DNA from: a virus
Taxonomy: Duplodnaviria; Caudoviricetes
DNA length: 64,000 nt
IMG/VR virus record: IMGVR_UViG_3300009431_000002
Span: 32,001 to 96,000 of that record
Direction: 5' to 3' (one strand)
Within the stretch, counting starts at the first letter, position 1; every line of letters starts with the position of its first letter. Shown piece after piece: positions 1-8,894 of the stretch. A program made the position numbers and the translations under genes. The notes beneath the pieces are model-generated. The model did not search any database, was not told the origin of the DNA, and worked only from the letters and a program-made list of their open reading frames with translations.

Positions 1-837
1 GTCGTGGTGTTCAGTGACACCGGCTGCGAGTGGCCCCACACCTACGAGCTGGTGCCGCGACTGCACAAGCTGTGCACCGACAACGGCATCCCCTTCATCG
101 TGCTGGCCAAGCCGCCGTGCAAGCCGGACCCCAAGGACTACTCCTGGATCACCCACGAGCCGTGGACCGACAAGATCGGCGGCGGCGCCTACCACTACCG
201 CCTCGGCGTCCTCGAGGACTACCGCAGCCGCGAGACCGTGGTCTCCCTGGGCAAGGGGGACTGCACGGACAACCACAAGATCCAGCCGATCCGTAGGTTC
301 GTGCAGGATCTGTCCGTGCAGCGCTTCGGGCTCACCAACCGCCAGTACTCCGGCGAGGTCCGCAAGGGCGTCCGGGACCCCCACGTCAACCTCATCGGCA
401 TCGCCGCCGACGAGACGCGCCGGCTGTCCAACGCCGGCCGCAGCCCGGCCTACGTCACCGAGCTCTACCCGCTGGTAGACATGGGCATCCCCAAGGACGA
501 CGAGGCGGCCGTGCTCTCTCAGTGGGGGCTCAACGGCGTCAAGAAGTCCGGGTGCTTCGTGTGCCCGTACCAGCCCGCCGGCTGGTGGTGGGCGCTGTCC
601 GTGAGCGAGCCGGAGCTGTGGCAGCGCGCCGTCGAGTACGAGACCACGGCGCTGGCCCGCAACGCCAAGATGAGCGTCGCCAACGTCAAGGTCGCCGGCG
701 ATCTCCTCACCATCGACCAGGTCGTCCATCGCTGGCGCGAGCGGAACCCGCGCGCTACTGTCGAGGCCGTCCTGGCCAAGAGCTACACCCAGTGCCCCGC
801 CGAAGCGCGGGCTGACATGAAGGGCCTCTCCGAATGA
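1..837 (+). CDS. PAPS reductase / adenine nucleotide alpha-hydrolase family protein (5'-truncated by window edge)
   Basis: VFSDTGCEWP.TY PP-loop segment, LIGIAADE.RR, KSGCFVCPY Cys motif. Confidence 0.75.
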   Translation, partial: VVVFSDTGCEWPHTYELVPRLHKLCTDNGIPFIVLAKPPCKPDPKDYSWITHEPWTDKIGGGAYHYRLGVLEDYRSRETVVSLGKGDCTDNHKIQPIRRFVQDLSVQRFGLTNRQYSGEVRKGVRDPHVNLIGIAADETRRLSNAGRSPAYVTELYPLVDMGIPKDDEAAVLSQWGLNGVKKSGCFVCPYQPAGWWWALSVSEPELWQRAVEYETTALARNAKMSVANVKVAGDLLTIDQVVHRWRERNPRATVEAVLAKSYTQCPAEARADMKGLSE

Positions 838-1700
838 CCCCGTTCCTGAAGTGGTTGGGCGGCAAGGCCCGACACATCGACACCATCCACAAGCACCTGC
901 CCGAGCCCGCCGAGCACATGCACCGCCGCTTCCGGGTCTACGAGCCCTTCGTGGGCGGCGGGGCCGTGACGCTCTCGCTGCTGGACCGCCTGTCCGCCGC
1001 CCGGCCGCCGGTCATCCGCGACCTCAACCCCGCCCTGATCCTCACCTGGGAGGCGATCCGCGACGACGTGGAGGGCGTCATCGACGAGCTCGAGCAGCTG
1101 TGTCGCAACATGACCAAGGAGGCCTACGAGCTGGCCCGCGCCGACTTCAACCACGCCAAGAAGTTGATCCCCGACCTCATCGTCCGGCCGTCGGTCGTGC
1201 TGGCAGCGTACTTCGTGTACCTCAACAAGACCGGCTTCAACGGGATGTACCGGGAGAACAAGCAGGGCAGCTTCAACGTGCCGTGGGGCCAGAGGGAGAA
1301 CGCGGGCGTGTACCGCGCCTCCCACCTGCGCGCCGTGAGCCGGGCCCTCGACGACGCGGGCGCCATCATCGAGTGTGGCCCCTTCCAGGGCGTGCTGCCC
1401 GAGATCGGCAGCGACAGCTTCATGTACCTGGACCCGCCGTTCCCGCCGACGGCCGGCAAGGAGGGGTTCACGGACTACACGCCGGGCGGGTTCAACGACA
1501 TGGACCAGCTGGAGCTGGCCGTGTTCCTGCGCAGCGCCACAACGCAGGGCGGGAAGTGGATGCTCTCCATGCCCGACCAGCCCTACGTCCGGGAGTTGTA
1601 TCGTGGCTACAACTTCCACGAGATCCAGGCCCGCCGGGCCAACAGCGCAACCCCCGAAGGTCGAGGTGTGGTCAGCGAGCTGCTGATCACGAACTACTGA
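834..1700 (+). CDS. dam: Dam-family (D12 class) DNA adenine methyltransferase
   Basis: FLKWLGGK, EPFVGGGAV, DLNP.LI, YLNKTGFNGMYR.N..G.FNVPWG, YLDPPF (motif IV). Confidence 0.92.
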   Translation: MTPFLKWLGGKARHIDTIHKHLPEPAEHMHRRFRVYEPFVGGGAVTLSLLDRLSAARPPVIRDLNPALILTWEAIRDDVEGVIDELEQLCRNMTKEAYELARADFNHAKKLIPDLIVRPSVVLAAYFVYLNKTGFNGMYRENKQGSFNVPWGQRENAGVYRASHLRAVSRALDDAGAIIECGPFQGVLPEIGSDSFMYLDPPFPPTAGKEGFTDYTPGGFNDMDQLELAVFLRSATTQGGKWMLSMPDQPYVRELYRGYNFHEIQARRANSATPEGRGVVSELLITNY

Positions 1701-2245
1701 TGCACGCCACGTCACCGCACCACGTCGAGTGGGAGGACCTGGATGTCCAGCACCACGACGACGGCGTCGTGACCGTCGACATCCCCGGGCGCGTGCTGCC
1801 CATCGTCATCAACGTCGAGGCCGAGGACTGGAAGCTCGACGACCACAGGTCGTTCGTCCGCGGCGTCCTGTTGCAAGAGGGCTACCTCGTCCTGCCGCTG
1901 GAGTTCGTGGGCTACGGCCGCGCCATCCAGGCTGCCAACGGGAAGTGGTTGTGGATCCACCTCCTGCTGTACGACGACATCCCCATCCACGCCATGTCCG
2001 ACGACCGCGCCGTCCACATCCGAGTCTGCTACCAGGTTCCGGGGAGCATGCGACAGGACGAGCTGGTTGAGATCCGAACCCAGCTGGGTGAGCATGAGCA
2101 TCGCCTGGCCTACAAGCTGATGGACCTGATCGCAGATGAACTAGAGCTGGGACTGCGCTCGGTCAGCGCCCGGGCCCTCCTCAAGGTCGAGGGGTGGTCA
2201 CCGGACGTCGTGGCGGAGCATGTCACGCAGGAAGGAGGAGTATGA
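1700..2245 (+). CDS. hypothetical protein
   Basis: ATG overlaps the upstream TGA; coding-like from 1700 (the ORF track's earlier part is out-of-frame shadow). Confidence 0.7.
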   Translation: MHATSPHHVEWEDLDVQHHDDGVVTVDIPGRVLPIVINVEAEDWKLDDHRSFVRGVLLQEGYLVLPLEFVGYGRAIQAANGKWLWIHLLLYDDIPIHAMSDDRAVHIRVCYQVPGSMRQDELVEIRTQLGEHEHRLAYKLMDLIADELELGLRSVSARALLKVEGWSPDVVAEHVTQEGGV

Positions 2246-2613
2246 GCTGCGAACACCTGCCGACGGACGTGGGCTTCGGCTACGACGCCGGCAACATCAA
2301 GGTGACTGCGCGCTGCAACATCTGCGGCGCCAACCTGTACTACCACATCCCCCGCGACGAGTGGGGGGTCACCGACGACAGCCCCGTCGTGGTCGAGAAG
2401 TGGCAGGAGGCCGTCGATCTCTGCGACGACCTCATCGGCCGTGCCGAGGAGCTGATGGAGCCCCACGACGACATGGCCGCCAGCGCCATGGACTTCCTGG
2501 AGAGCGTTCGTGCCGACGCCGAGAGACGGCAGAGCGTCACGGACGCGCAGCTCGAGGGCATCGCCAAGTGGCGGACGGCCATCGAGAACGCGGAGGACCG
2601 GGCGTGCTACTAG
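2242..2613 (+). CDS. hypothetical protein with CxxC
   Basis: GGAGG RBS, ATGA overlap, RCNICG. Confidence 0.7.
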   Translation: MSCEHLPTDVGFGYDAGNIKVTARCNICGANLYYHIPRDEWGVTDDSPVVVEKWQEAVDLCDDLIGRAEELMEPHDDMAASAMDFLESVRADAERRQSVTDAQLEGIAKWRTAIENAEDRACY

Positions 2614-3152
2614 AGATCACTGCCCGGTACACCGAGCCGCACCGCGTCTACCACACCGTCGAGCATCCCGCACGGATGCTCCAAGAGGCCGCTAACCGCG
2701 GCATCCCCCTGACCGACACGCAGATCTGGGCCATCTGGGGCCACGACCTCGTCTACGAGCCAGGCGCCAGCGACAACGAGCGCCGCAGCGGGGAGCTGAT
2801 GGTGGAGATGCTCGACCGAGCCGGCCACCACCCCGACAAGGGCCGCATGGTCGAGCAGATCATTCTCGACACCAAGGACCACGTGCCGCACGTGCACCTC
2901 TCCGAGTTGGTCATCGACCTGGACCTGCTGGGCTTCGCCGACCTGGAGACCTCGCTGCGGAACATGCGCATGGTCCGCGAGGAGTTCACCCGCGCCCTCA
3001 AGCTGACCCACGAGCAGTGGGTCACGGGCCGCCGCGACTTCCTGCAGGGCATGCTGGAGCGCGACCCGTTCTTCGTGTCGGCGCCGTTCCGCAACCTGTC
3101 CAGCGCCGCGCGCGACAACATCGGCTACGAGCTCCAGAGGTTCCTGACGTGA
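2604..3152 (+). CDS. HD-superfamily metal-dependent phosphohydrolase (COG4339-like)
   Basis: YTEPHRVYHTVEH, WGHDLVYEP..SDNERRS, VIDLDL. Confidence 0.85.
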   Translation: MLLEITARYTEPHRVYHTVEHPARMLQEAANRGIPLTDTQIWAIWGHDLVYEPGASDNERRSGELMVEMLDRAGHHPDKGRMVEQIILDTKDHVPHVHLSELVIDLDLLGFADLETSLRNMRMVREEFTRALKLTHEQWVTGRRDFLQGMLERDPFFVSAPFRNLSSAARDNIGYELQRFLT

Positions 3153-3664
3153 AGGCCATGTACGCCGGGTCCTTCGACCCCCTGACCAACGGCCACCTCT
3201 GGGTCATCGCCGCCGCGTCGAACATCTTCGAGGAGATCGTCATCGGCGTCGGGTACAACCCCGCCAAGAGCGGCCACCTCCCCCTGGACCGCCGCATCAG
3301 CATCATCCAGCACGTGCTCATACGCATGGGCCTCGACGCCCTCGTCATCCCCGTGAGCACCGACACCTACCTGGTCCACAAGGCCGCCAGGCGTGGCTGC
3401 GGGGCGCTCATCCGCGGCGTCCGCAACTCCGAGGACCTGCGCTACGAGCAGATGGTCCAGGAGGTCAACCGCAACCTGGAGCCGGACGTCCAAACCGTCT
3501 TCCTGGTGCCCCCACCCCACCTCGCCAACGTCAGCTCCAGCCTGGTCCGGCAGCTCGTCGGGCCCGGCGGCTGGGAGAACATCGTGAACAAGTACGCGCC
3601 AATGGAGACCGTCCAGGCCCTGGCGCAGGCCCGTGCACGGGCCGAGGAGAACTCCAGTGGATGA
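3149..3664 (+). CDS. coaD: phosphopantetheine adenylyltransferase
   Basis: AMYAGSFDPLTNGHL, VGYNPAK, LIRGVRNSEDLRYE, N..LEPDVQTVFL, VSSSLVRQL. Confidence 0.88.
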   Translation: MKAMYAGSFDPLTNGHLWVIAAASNIFEEIVIGVGYNPAKSGHLPLDRRISIIQHVLIRMGLDALVIPVSTDTYLVHKAARRGCGALIRGVRNSEDLRYEQMVQEVNRNLEPDVQTVFLVPPPHLANVSSSLVRQLVGPGGWENIVNKYAPMETVQALAQARARAEENSSG

Positions 3665-4232
3665 GGCCATGTGGGTCCTGATCTTCGCCATCTGCAACGA
3701 CCGCTTCCTGCTGCGCCGGAAGACGCACCCTGCCCCGCAGGCTGGGAAGTGGAACGGCCTGGGAGGCAAGGTCTGCGACGACGACTACGCCGACCAGACT
3801 GCGGACCGTGACACCAAGGCGGGCTACTTCGACCTGCCGTACTACACGGCCATCCGCGAGTTCGCCGAGGAGGCCGGCGTCGACCTGCCGGGCCAGCGGC
3901 TCACCAACATGGCGACGCTGCACCTGCCGCTCGGCGAGCTCCACATCTTCCACGCCGACCTGACCGACGCCGAGGCCCAGCGCGTCGACACCACGCCGGA
4001 CAACACTGGCGAGTACAACCGCTGGTTCACCGTCGACGACGTCAACGACCTCGCCAACGAGGACCGCGTCGCCATGGACGAAGCCGGCATCGCCGTCAAC
4101 GACGACAGCGAGTGGGCCGTGGCGCACACCGTCGCGCTCATCGACCTCGTCCGCTCCCTGACCGGGGAGTGGGCCTCGATGGACCGCAGCGGCCCGCCCT
4201 ACGACCCCGCCTACCGGAAGCCGACCACCTGA
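3657..4232 (+). CDS. Nudix hydrolase
   Basis: GKWNGLGGKV ... TAIREFAEEAG Nudix box with an insertion. Confidence 0.85.
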   Translation: MDEAMWVLIFAICNDRFLLRRKTHPAPQAGKWNGLGGKVCDDDYADQTADRDTKAGYFDLPYYTAIREFAEEAGVDLPGQRLTNMATLHLPLGELHIFHADLTDAEAQRVDTTPDNTGEYNRWFTVDDVNDLANEDRVAMDEAGIAVNDDSEWAVAHTVALIDLVRSLTGEWASMDRSGPPYDPAYRKPTT

Positions 4233-4507
4233 TGCCTATGCAGGAGCGTGTGCAGCAGGAGATCGCGGCCGTCTGCGACGAGGTCAAGGAGCTGCTCCTG
4301 GCCAAGAACCGCGAGTACGGCAACAGTGCCTTGGAGCCTGTGCGGATCTTCTCCAAGGCGGACAGCGTCGAGCAGATCAAGGTCCGCATCGACGACAAGC
4401 TCTCCCGGCTGTCCACGGCCGGCGAGAAGACGATCACCGAGGACACGGAGATGGACCTCATCGGCTACCTGGTGCTGCTGAAGGTGGCTCAGAGGCTGCG
4501 GGACTGA
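4232..4507 (+). CDS. DUF1599 / nucleotide-modification-associated domain 1 (MazG-like) protein
   Basis: LLAKNREYGNS, VRIDDKLSRL, DTEMDLIGYLVL. Confidence 0.75.
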   Translation: MPMQERVQQEIAAVCDEVKELLLAKNREYGNSALEPVRIFSKADSVEQIKVRIDDKLSRLSTAGEKTITEDTEMDLIGYLVLLKVAQRLRD

Positions 4508-4749
4508 TGGACGTCGTCGTCTGCCAGCAGTGCGGCCTGGAGCACTTCCTGGACCAGCTGTACGAGGAGCGCCGGAACCGCTGCGATGGCTGCGGTGCCG
4601 GGCTCCCGCTGTCCAAGCCGGTCACCGTCGAGTCCGAGACTCCCGAGGTACCACCGGAGCTGGCAGAGGCCGACTTCCTGGGCCGGATGATGGCTCACGC
4701 CTACGTGACGGAGCTGACCGCCATCACCGGCAAGGTGCTGGAGGACTGA
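4507..4749 (+). CDS. zinc-ribbon protein
   Basis: CQQC...CDGC. Confidence 0.65.
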   Translation: MDVVVCQQCGLEHFLDQLYEERRNRCDGCGAGLPLSKPVTVESETPEVPPELAEADFLGRMMAHAYVTELTAITGKVLED

Positions 4750-4750
4750 C

Positions 4751-5716
4751 GTGCTGACGCGACCAGAGCTCGTCCACCACGCCAACCGCATCTACCGGAA
4801 GTACCGCCGCATGGACCTGTCGCTCACCCTGCGGCAGCTCTACTACCAGCTCGTGAAGCTGGGGCTCATCGTCAACAAGCAGACCGAGTACGGACGCCTG
4901 GGCAAGGCGCTCTCCAAGGCACGGCTCAACGGCGACTTCCCCCTCGAGGGGCTGGTCGACCGCGGCAGGCACGTGACCCCCGACACCGCCACCCTCTACA
5001 GCGACGACGTCGACATGGTCGAGCCCGTCGCCCAAGCCTACGCGGGCGCACTGCCCAAGTGGCTGCTCGACTACGGTCGCTGGGCTGGGCAGGAGAAGTA
5101 CGTCTGTGTCCTGTGCGAGAAGGAGGCGCTCGCGGGCGTCTTCCAAAGGCCGTGCAAGAGCCTCGGCGTCTCGTTCCTCGCCTGCAAGGGCTACCCCAGC
5201 ATCTCGTCCCTCTACGCCTGGGTCCTCCAGGCGAACCAAGCGATCAACGGTGGCCAGTGGACCGACGACCGCCACCTGCAGCACTGGGCGTTCGCACAGC
5301 GCGCCGTCATCCTGTACTTCGGCGACCTCGACCCCGACGGGTGGGCGGTCCCGAAGGTCGTGAGCGACCGGGTCGGGCGCATCCAGAGCTTGACGGGCAT
5401 GGAGTTCCCCGTGGATGTGGAGCGTGTCGCGCTGAACCTGGACCAGATCGAAGACCGCGGCCTCCCACCCTTCCCGGCAAAGGACAGCTCCTCGCGGTAC
5501 AAGAAGTACGTTCAGGAGGTCGGCATCGAGGACGCATGGGAGCTCGATGCCCTAGACCCGCCCGAGCTCATCGAGATGATCCAAGACGCCATCTCGGTCC
5601 ACTTCGATGAGCACGTGCACGCGTACAACAGCGACCGGATCGAGACCCTGCGGGACGACCTCCGTCGGCGCATGCTGACAGACGGATGGTTGGAAGACGC
5701 ACTGGGAGAGGAGTGA
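4751..5716 (+). CDS. Topo VI-A / Spo11-like TOPRIM protein
   Basis: TLRQLYY winged-helix Tyr, LCEKEAL, KGYPS, YFGDLDPDG, ERVALN..QI, WELDAL. Confidence 0.8.
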   Translation: MLTRPELVHHANRIYRKYRRMDLSLTLRQLYYQLVKLGLIVNKQTEYGRLGKALSKARLNGDFPLEGLVDRGRHVTPDTATLYSDDVDMVEPVAQAYAGALPKWLLDYGRWAGQEKYVCVLCEKEALAGVFQRPCKSLGVSFLACKGYPSISSLYAWVLQANQAINGGQWTDDRHLQHWAFAQRAVILYFGDLDPDGWAVPKVVSDRVGRIQSLTGMEFPVDVERVALNLDQIEDRGLPPFPAKDSSSRYKKYVQEVGIEDAWELDALDPPELIEMIQDAISVHFDEHVHAYNSDRIETLRDDLRRRMLTDGWLEDALGEE

Positions 5717-5718
5717 CG

Positions 5719-7098
5719 ATGAACTGGCGCTACTTCCGTCAGAAGGGCCGGCGGCACACGCTGGCCTGGCAGATCGCCGTCGCCGACGACACCGTCTTCG
5801 TCCACTACGGGATCGTGGACGGGCAGTTCCAAGACACCAGCGACACCAAGCGCCCCGTGAACGTGGGCAAGCGCAACGAGAAGTCCGCGGAGCAGGTGGC
5901 CCAGGAGAACGCCGAGAGGCAGATCCTGATGAAGCGCCGCTCCGGCTACTACGAGGTCGACGCCAAGGGCCGCCCGCTCGAGGCCGCGCCCGAGATGATG
6001 GACTTCGACGACATCCCCATCAGCCTCCGGTTCTGGAAGCCCACCAACACCCTGGGCGCCGGCATGGTCAAGAAGTTGGAGCGAGGGCACGCCTGGGCGG
6101 GCCGCAAGCGCAACGGCATGGCCTACCCGATGGTCGTCCAACCCGACGGGTCCGTGGACCTGTACAGCCGCGTGATGCTGCCGGCCCACCGCGAGGACCC
6201 GGAGACGCCGTGGAACCAGTACTTCCGCCACGTCGTGACCGAAGCCGAGGACATGGTCCGCCGGCACAGCATCCCGGGGGAGTCCATGCTCCTGGGCGAG
6301 CTGGTGGCCAGCCGCGACACCGACGACTTCTACTACGTCGAGTCCGTGACCGGCAGCCTGTGCGCCCGCGCGCAACGTCTGCAGGCCGAGCAGGGGCTCC
6401 TGCACTACTACTTCTGGGGCGTCGGCTTCTGGGGCGGCAAGCCCGCCTGCAGCCTGTGGCCGATGGGTCGGCAGTACGAGGTCCTCGAGGACCTGGCCTT
6501 CGGCGGCGAGTTCCTGCTGCCGCCCGACATCTTCTTCCCGGAGGAGATCGCTCGCTTCGTCGACAAGCACCAGACCGCCACGGCCGTCGTCGCCCTCCAA
6601 CAGGAGGCCATCGAGCGTGCGTGGGAGGGCTGGGTCGTCGTGGACCCCGAGCTCTCCCTCAAGGACCGCGCGTGGAACCTGCGGGGCAAGACCGACCGCT
6701 CCGCGCCGGTCGCCGGCAAGTGCAAGCCCATCTTCGAGGACGACTTCGTCGCCCTGTGGAACCCCGACGACGGCTACGGCAAGTGGGGCACTGGCAAGTT
6801 CCAGGGCTCCGTCGGCTCCGTGGCGCTGTACCAGTACACCACCAACGGCACGCTGACCTACATCTGCGACTGCAAGGGCGGCATCAAGGAGAAGGGCAAG
6901 GACCCCAAGGCTCCCCCCGACTCCTGCTGGCGCCACATCCTCGAGAACGTGGCCAGCTACCCGCTGGTCGTCGAGGTCCACTACGACTCCCGCACCTACG
7001 TCTCCAAGGGCGCCAAGACCGACGCCCTGTCCTTCCCGCGGATGGTCCGCATCCGCCACGACAAGGCCCCGGAGGAGTGCATCAACGAGGAGCTGTGA
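5719..7098 (+). CDS. ATP-dependent DNA ligase with WGR-like N-terminal domain
   Basis: KRNG motif I, LLGEL, EGWVV, KCKP, C-terminal OB fold ending LSFPR..RIRHDK...EC. Confidence 0.8.
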   Translation: MNWRYFRQKGRRHTLAWQIAVADDTVFVHYGIVDGQFQDTSDTKRPVNVGKRNEKSAEQVAQENAERQILMKRRSGYYEVDAKGRPLEAAPEMMDFDDIPISLRFWKPTNTLGAGMVKKLERGHAWAGRKRNGMAYPMVVQPDGSVDLYSRVMLPAHREDPETPWNQYFRHVVTEAEDMVRRHSIPGESMLLGELVASRDTDDFYYVESVTGSLCARAQRLQAEQGLLHYYFWGVGFWGGKPACSLWPMGRQYEVLEDLAFGGEFLLPPDIFFPEEIARFVDKHQTATAVVALQQEAIERAWEGWVVVDPELSLKDRAWNLRGKTDRSAPVAGKCKPIFEDDFVALWNPDDGYGKWGTGKFQGSVGSVALYQYTTNGTLTYICDCKGGIKEKGKDPKAPPDSCWRHILENVASYPLVVEVHYDSRTYVSKGAKTDALSFPRMVRIRHDKAPEECINEEL

Positions 7099-7113
7099 CG
7101 ACACTGTGTCGTC
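7097..7113. repeat. palindrome GACGACACTGTGTCGTC (copy 1 of dispersed operator-like site)
   Basis: 8-bp arms with a 1-nt centre, overlapping the ligase stop codon. Confidence 0.8.
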
Positions 7114-7129
7114 GACCGCGAAAGCGGTC
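7114..7129 (+). terminator. GNRA hairpin GACCGC-GAAA-GCGGTC after the ligase operon
   Basis: 6-bp stem with GAAA loop, no U-tract. Confidence 0.45.
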
Positions 7130-7138
7130 TACGATCCA

Positions 7139-7149
7139 GGGATAAGGGG
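7139..7149 (+). promoter_or_regulatory. phage promoter-like motif GGGATAAGGGG
   Basis: member of the recurrent G(G/C)NAYAAGG family, upstream of GGAGG and ATG. Confidence 0.6.
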
Positions 7150-7163
7150 TACGGAGGTGACCC

Positions 7164-7739
7164 ATGTATCGTTTCACGCTTCTCGCACTCCTGCTCGCCC
7201 TGGGGTGCACTCCGACCGTCTCGATGGAACCGGAGCCACAGTCCCACCACTGGCTCGACGATGACGACATCACGGCCGGCGACGACGACACCGTCGCTGA
7301 CGACGATGACGACGACTCGACGGGTGATGACGACACCGGCGACGACGACACCGCGGACGACGATGACGTTGGCGATGACGACTCCGCCGACGACGTCGGC
7401 ACCGTCACCGTCGACCCCGTGGAGATCGACCTCGGCGTGGTCCTCGTCGGCACCGACCGCTCCGAGATTCTGCACATGGAGGTGGTGGAGGGTGCCGGCA
7501 CGGTCGTCGTGGACATCGACGTCGCCGAGATCCTCGAGGCCGGCTTCACCGTCAATGGCTACGAGGCCGTGGTCGAACTCTCGGAGGATCCTTGGGCCAC
7601 GCCGGACTACTCGATGACGGTCATCGCGGAGCCGACCCTGGAGAGCCAGGTCGGCGTGTGGTCCGGAAGCATCTACATCGAGGCCTCACCAGGTGGCGAG
7701 GTCGTGGTGCCGGTGGTCGTGGAGGTGGTGCCGGAGTGA
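7164..7739 (+). CDS. predicted lipoprotein with Asp-rich GDDDT repeats and an Ig/ASH-like domain
   Basis: signal peptide with LALGC lipobox; (G/A)DDD(T/S) repeats; DPVEIDLGVVLVG. Confidence 0.75.
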   Translation: MYRFTLLALLLALGCTPTVSMEPEPQSHHWLDDDDITAGDDDTVADDDDDDSTGDDDTGDDDTADDDDVGDDDSADDVGTVTVDPVEIDLGVVLVGTDRSEILHMEVVEGAGTVVVDIDVAEILEAGFTVNGYEAVVELSEDPWATPDYSMTVIAEPTLESQVGVWSGSIYIEASPGGEVVVPVVVEVVPE

Positions 7740-7745
7740 CTGGTT

Positions 7746-7774
7746 CCCCGGGGGCCCTGCGGGGGCCTCCGGGG
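7746..7774. terminator. GC-rich hairpin between convergent genes
   Basis: CCCCGGGGGCCC...GGGGCCTCCGGGG. Confidence 0.55.
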
Positions 7775-7780
7775 CGGCGG

Positions 7781-7975
7781 TCAGGGGCTCAGCGCCATAG
7801 CCCCGAAGGACTTGCCGCACGCCGGGCACTGGCTGACCGCCCGGCCGCTGCGGCTGGGCCTCTTGACCAGCATGGCGCCGCCGCATCTCGGGCAGACGCT
7901 GTTGGCGGCTGCGGTGCCGCCCTTCTTCTTCAGCCTCTTGAGGTGGGGCGGGCTCTGCGTGCGGACCTTCGGCAT
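7781..7975 (-). CDS. small basic zinc-ribbon protein
   Basis: CPRCG...CPACG; GGAG RBS. Confidence 0.65.
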   Translation of the reverse strand: MPKVRTQSPPHLKRLKKKGGTAAANSVCPRCGGAMLVKRPSRSGRAVSQCPACGKSFGAMALSP

Positions 7976-7983
7976 GACGGCTC

Positions 7984-8628
7984 CTAGTCTTCGTCCTCAC
8001 CGAAGAACTGCGTGCCCTCGGCGTAGCCGGCGGCGACACCCTCCGCAGCGGCGGCCGTGGCCTCGGTGAGCTCCTTGTCGTTCAACTCATCGAGCTTCAT
8101 ACTATCGCGTTCCGCTGCCTCTTTGGCTACCTTTTCCTGCGCAGCCTTGAGCCGCTCGGCCTCCTCGAGGCGCTTCTTCTGGGCCTCGACGCGCTCGACC
8201 CTCGCGGAGTTGGCGCACTTGAGCAACATCTCGTCCGTGATGACGGGCGCCCAGCCCTTCGGCACCTCCTCGGCCGTGCGGCCGTCGCCGGCGAGCTGGG
8301 CCTCCAGGAGCCGCAGCCGCTGCTCGTGGTCCTCGGCGACCTGTGCCTGGACCGCCGAGTGCTCCCGGTACGCCCGCGCGATGCCGTGGAGCTTGTCCGC
8401 CACCTCGTCGATGTAGTCGCACAGCGTCTTGTCGTTGGTCGAAAAGGCGTCGTTGAAGCTCTTCATCGACTTGTTGACGTTGATGGAGATGCCGTGCACC
8501 TCCGTGCGCAACCCGTCGAGGGAGCCCTTCAACTCCTCGGCGAGCTTGAGGGCGCGCTCGGCGATGGTGAGCTTCTTCGGCTTGTCCTTGCCCTTCTTGC
8601 CGGGCTTCTTGGCGGGCTTCTTGGACAC
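7984..8628 (-). CDS. coiled-coil hypothetical protein
   Basis: Lys-rich N-terminus, helical composition, GGAGG RBS. Confidence 0.75.
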   Translation of the reverse strand: MSKKPAKKPGKKGKDKPKKLTIAERALKLAEELKGSLDGLRTEVHGISINVNKSMKSFNDAFSTNDKTLCDYIDEVADKLHGIARAYREHSAVQAQVAEDHEQRLRLLEAQLAGDGRTAEEVPKGWAPVITDEMLLKCANSARVERVEAQKKRLEEAERLKAAQEKVAKEAAERDSMKLDELNDKELTEATAAAAEGVAAGYAEGTQFFGEDED

Positions 8629-8630
8629 GA

Positions 8631-8894
8631 CTACACCTCCGCCTCGAGGATCTTGCCGATCTCGGTTTCGAGCGGCCCGACGAAGTCGTGCATCAGCTGC
8701 TCGCGCACGGCCTCGATAGCCTCCTGGCTCACCTTGGGCTCGGCGCAGTCCTCCGCCGTCAGAGCGACCTTCGGCTCCGGCCGGGCGTCGTCCACGGTGA
8801 GCTGCTCGTCCATGTGCTCCACCAAGTGATAGAAGACGGCCAGCTTGTGCTGCTTGGCCTTCAGCTCGTCCAACTTCTCCTGCATCGTCGCCAC
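8631..8894 (-). CDS. hypothetical protein
   Basis: GGAGG about 8 nt before GTG at 8894. Confidence 0.65.
   Translation of the reverse strand: MATMQEKLDELKAKQHKLAVFYHLVEHMDEQLTVDDARPEPKVALTAEDCAEPKVSQEAIEAVREQLMHDFVGPLETEIGKILEAEV

Noticed and set aside
7255-7400. GACGAC-rich repeats as a CRISPR array or VNTR
   Set aside because: They are Asp codons of the lipoprotein, with no constant repeat and unique spacer structure.
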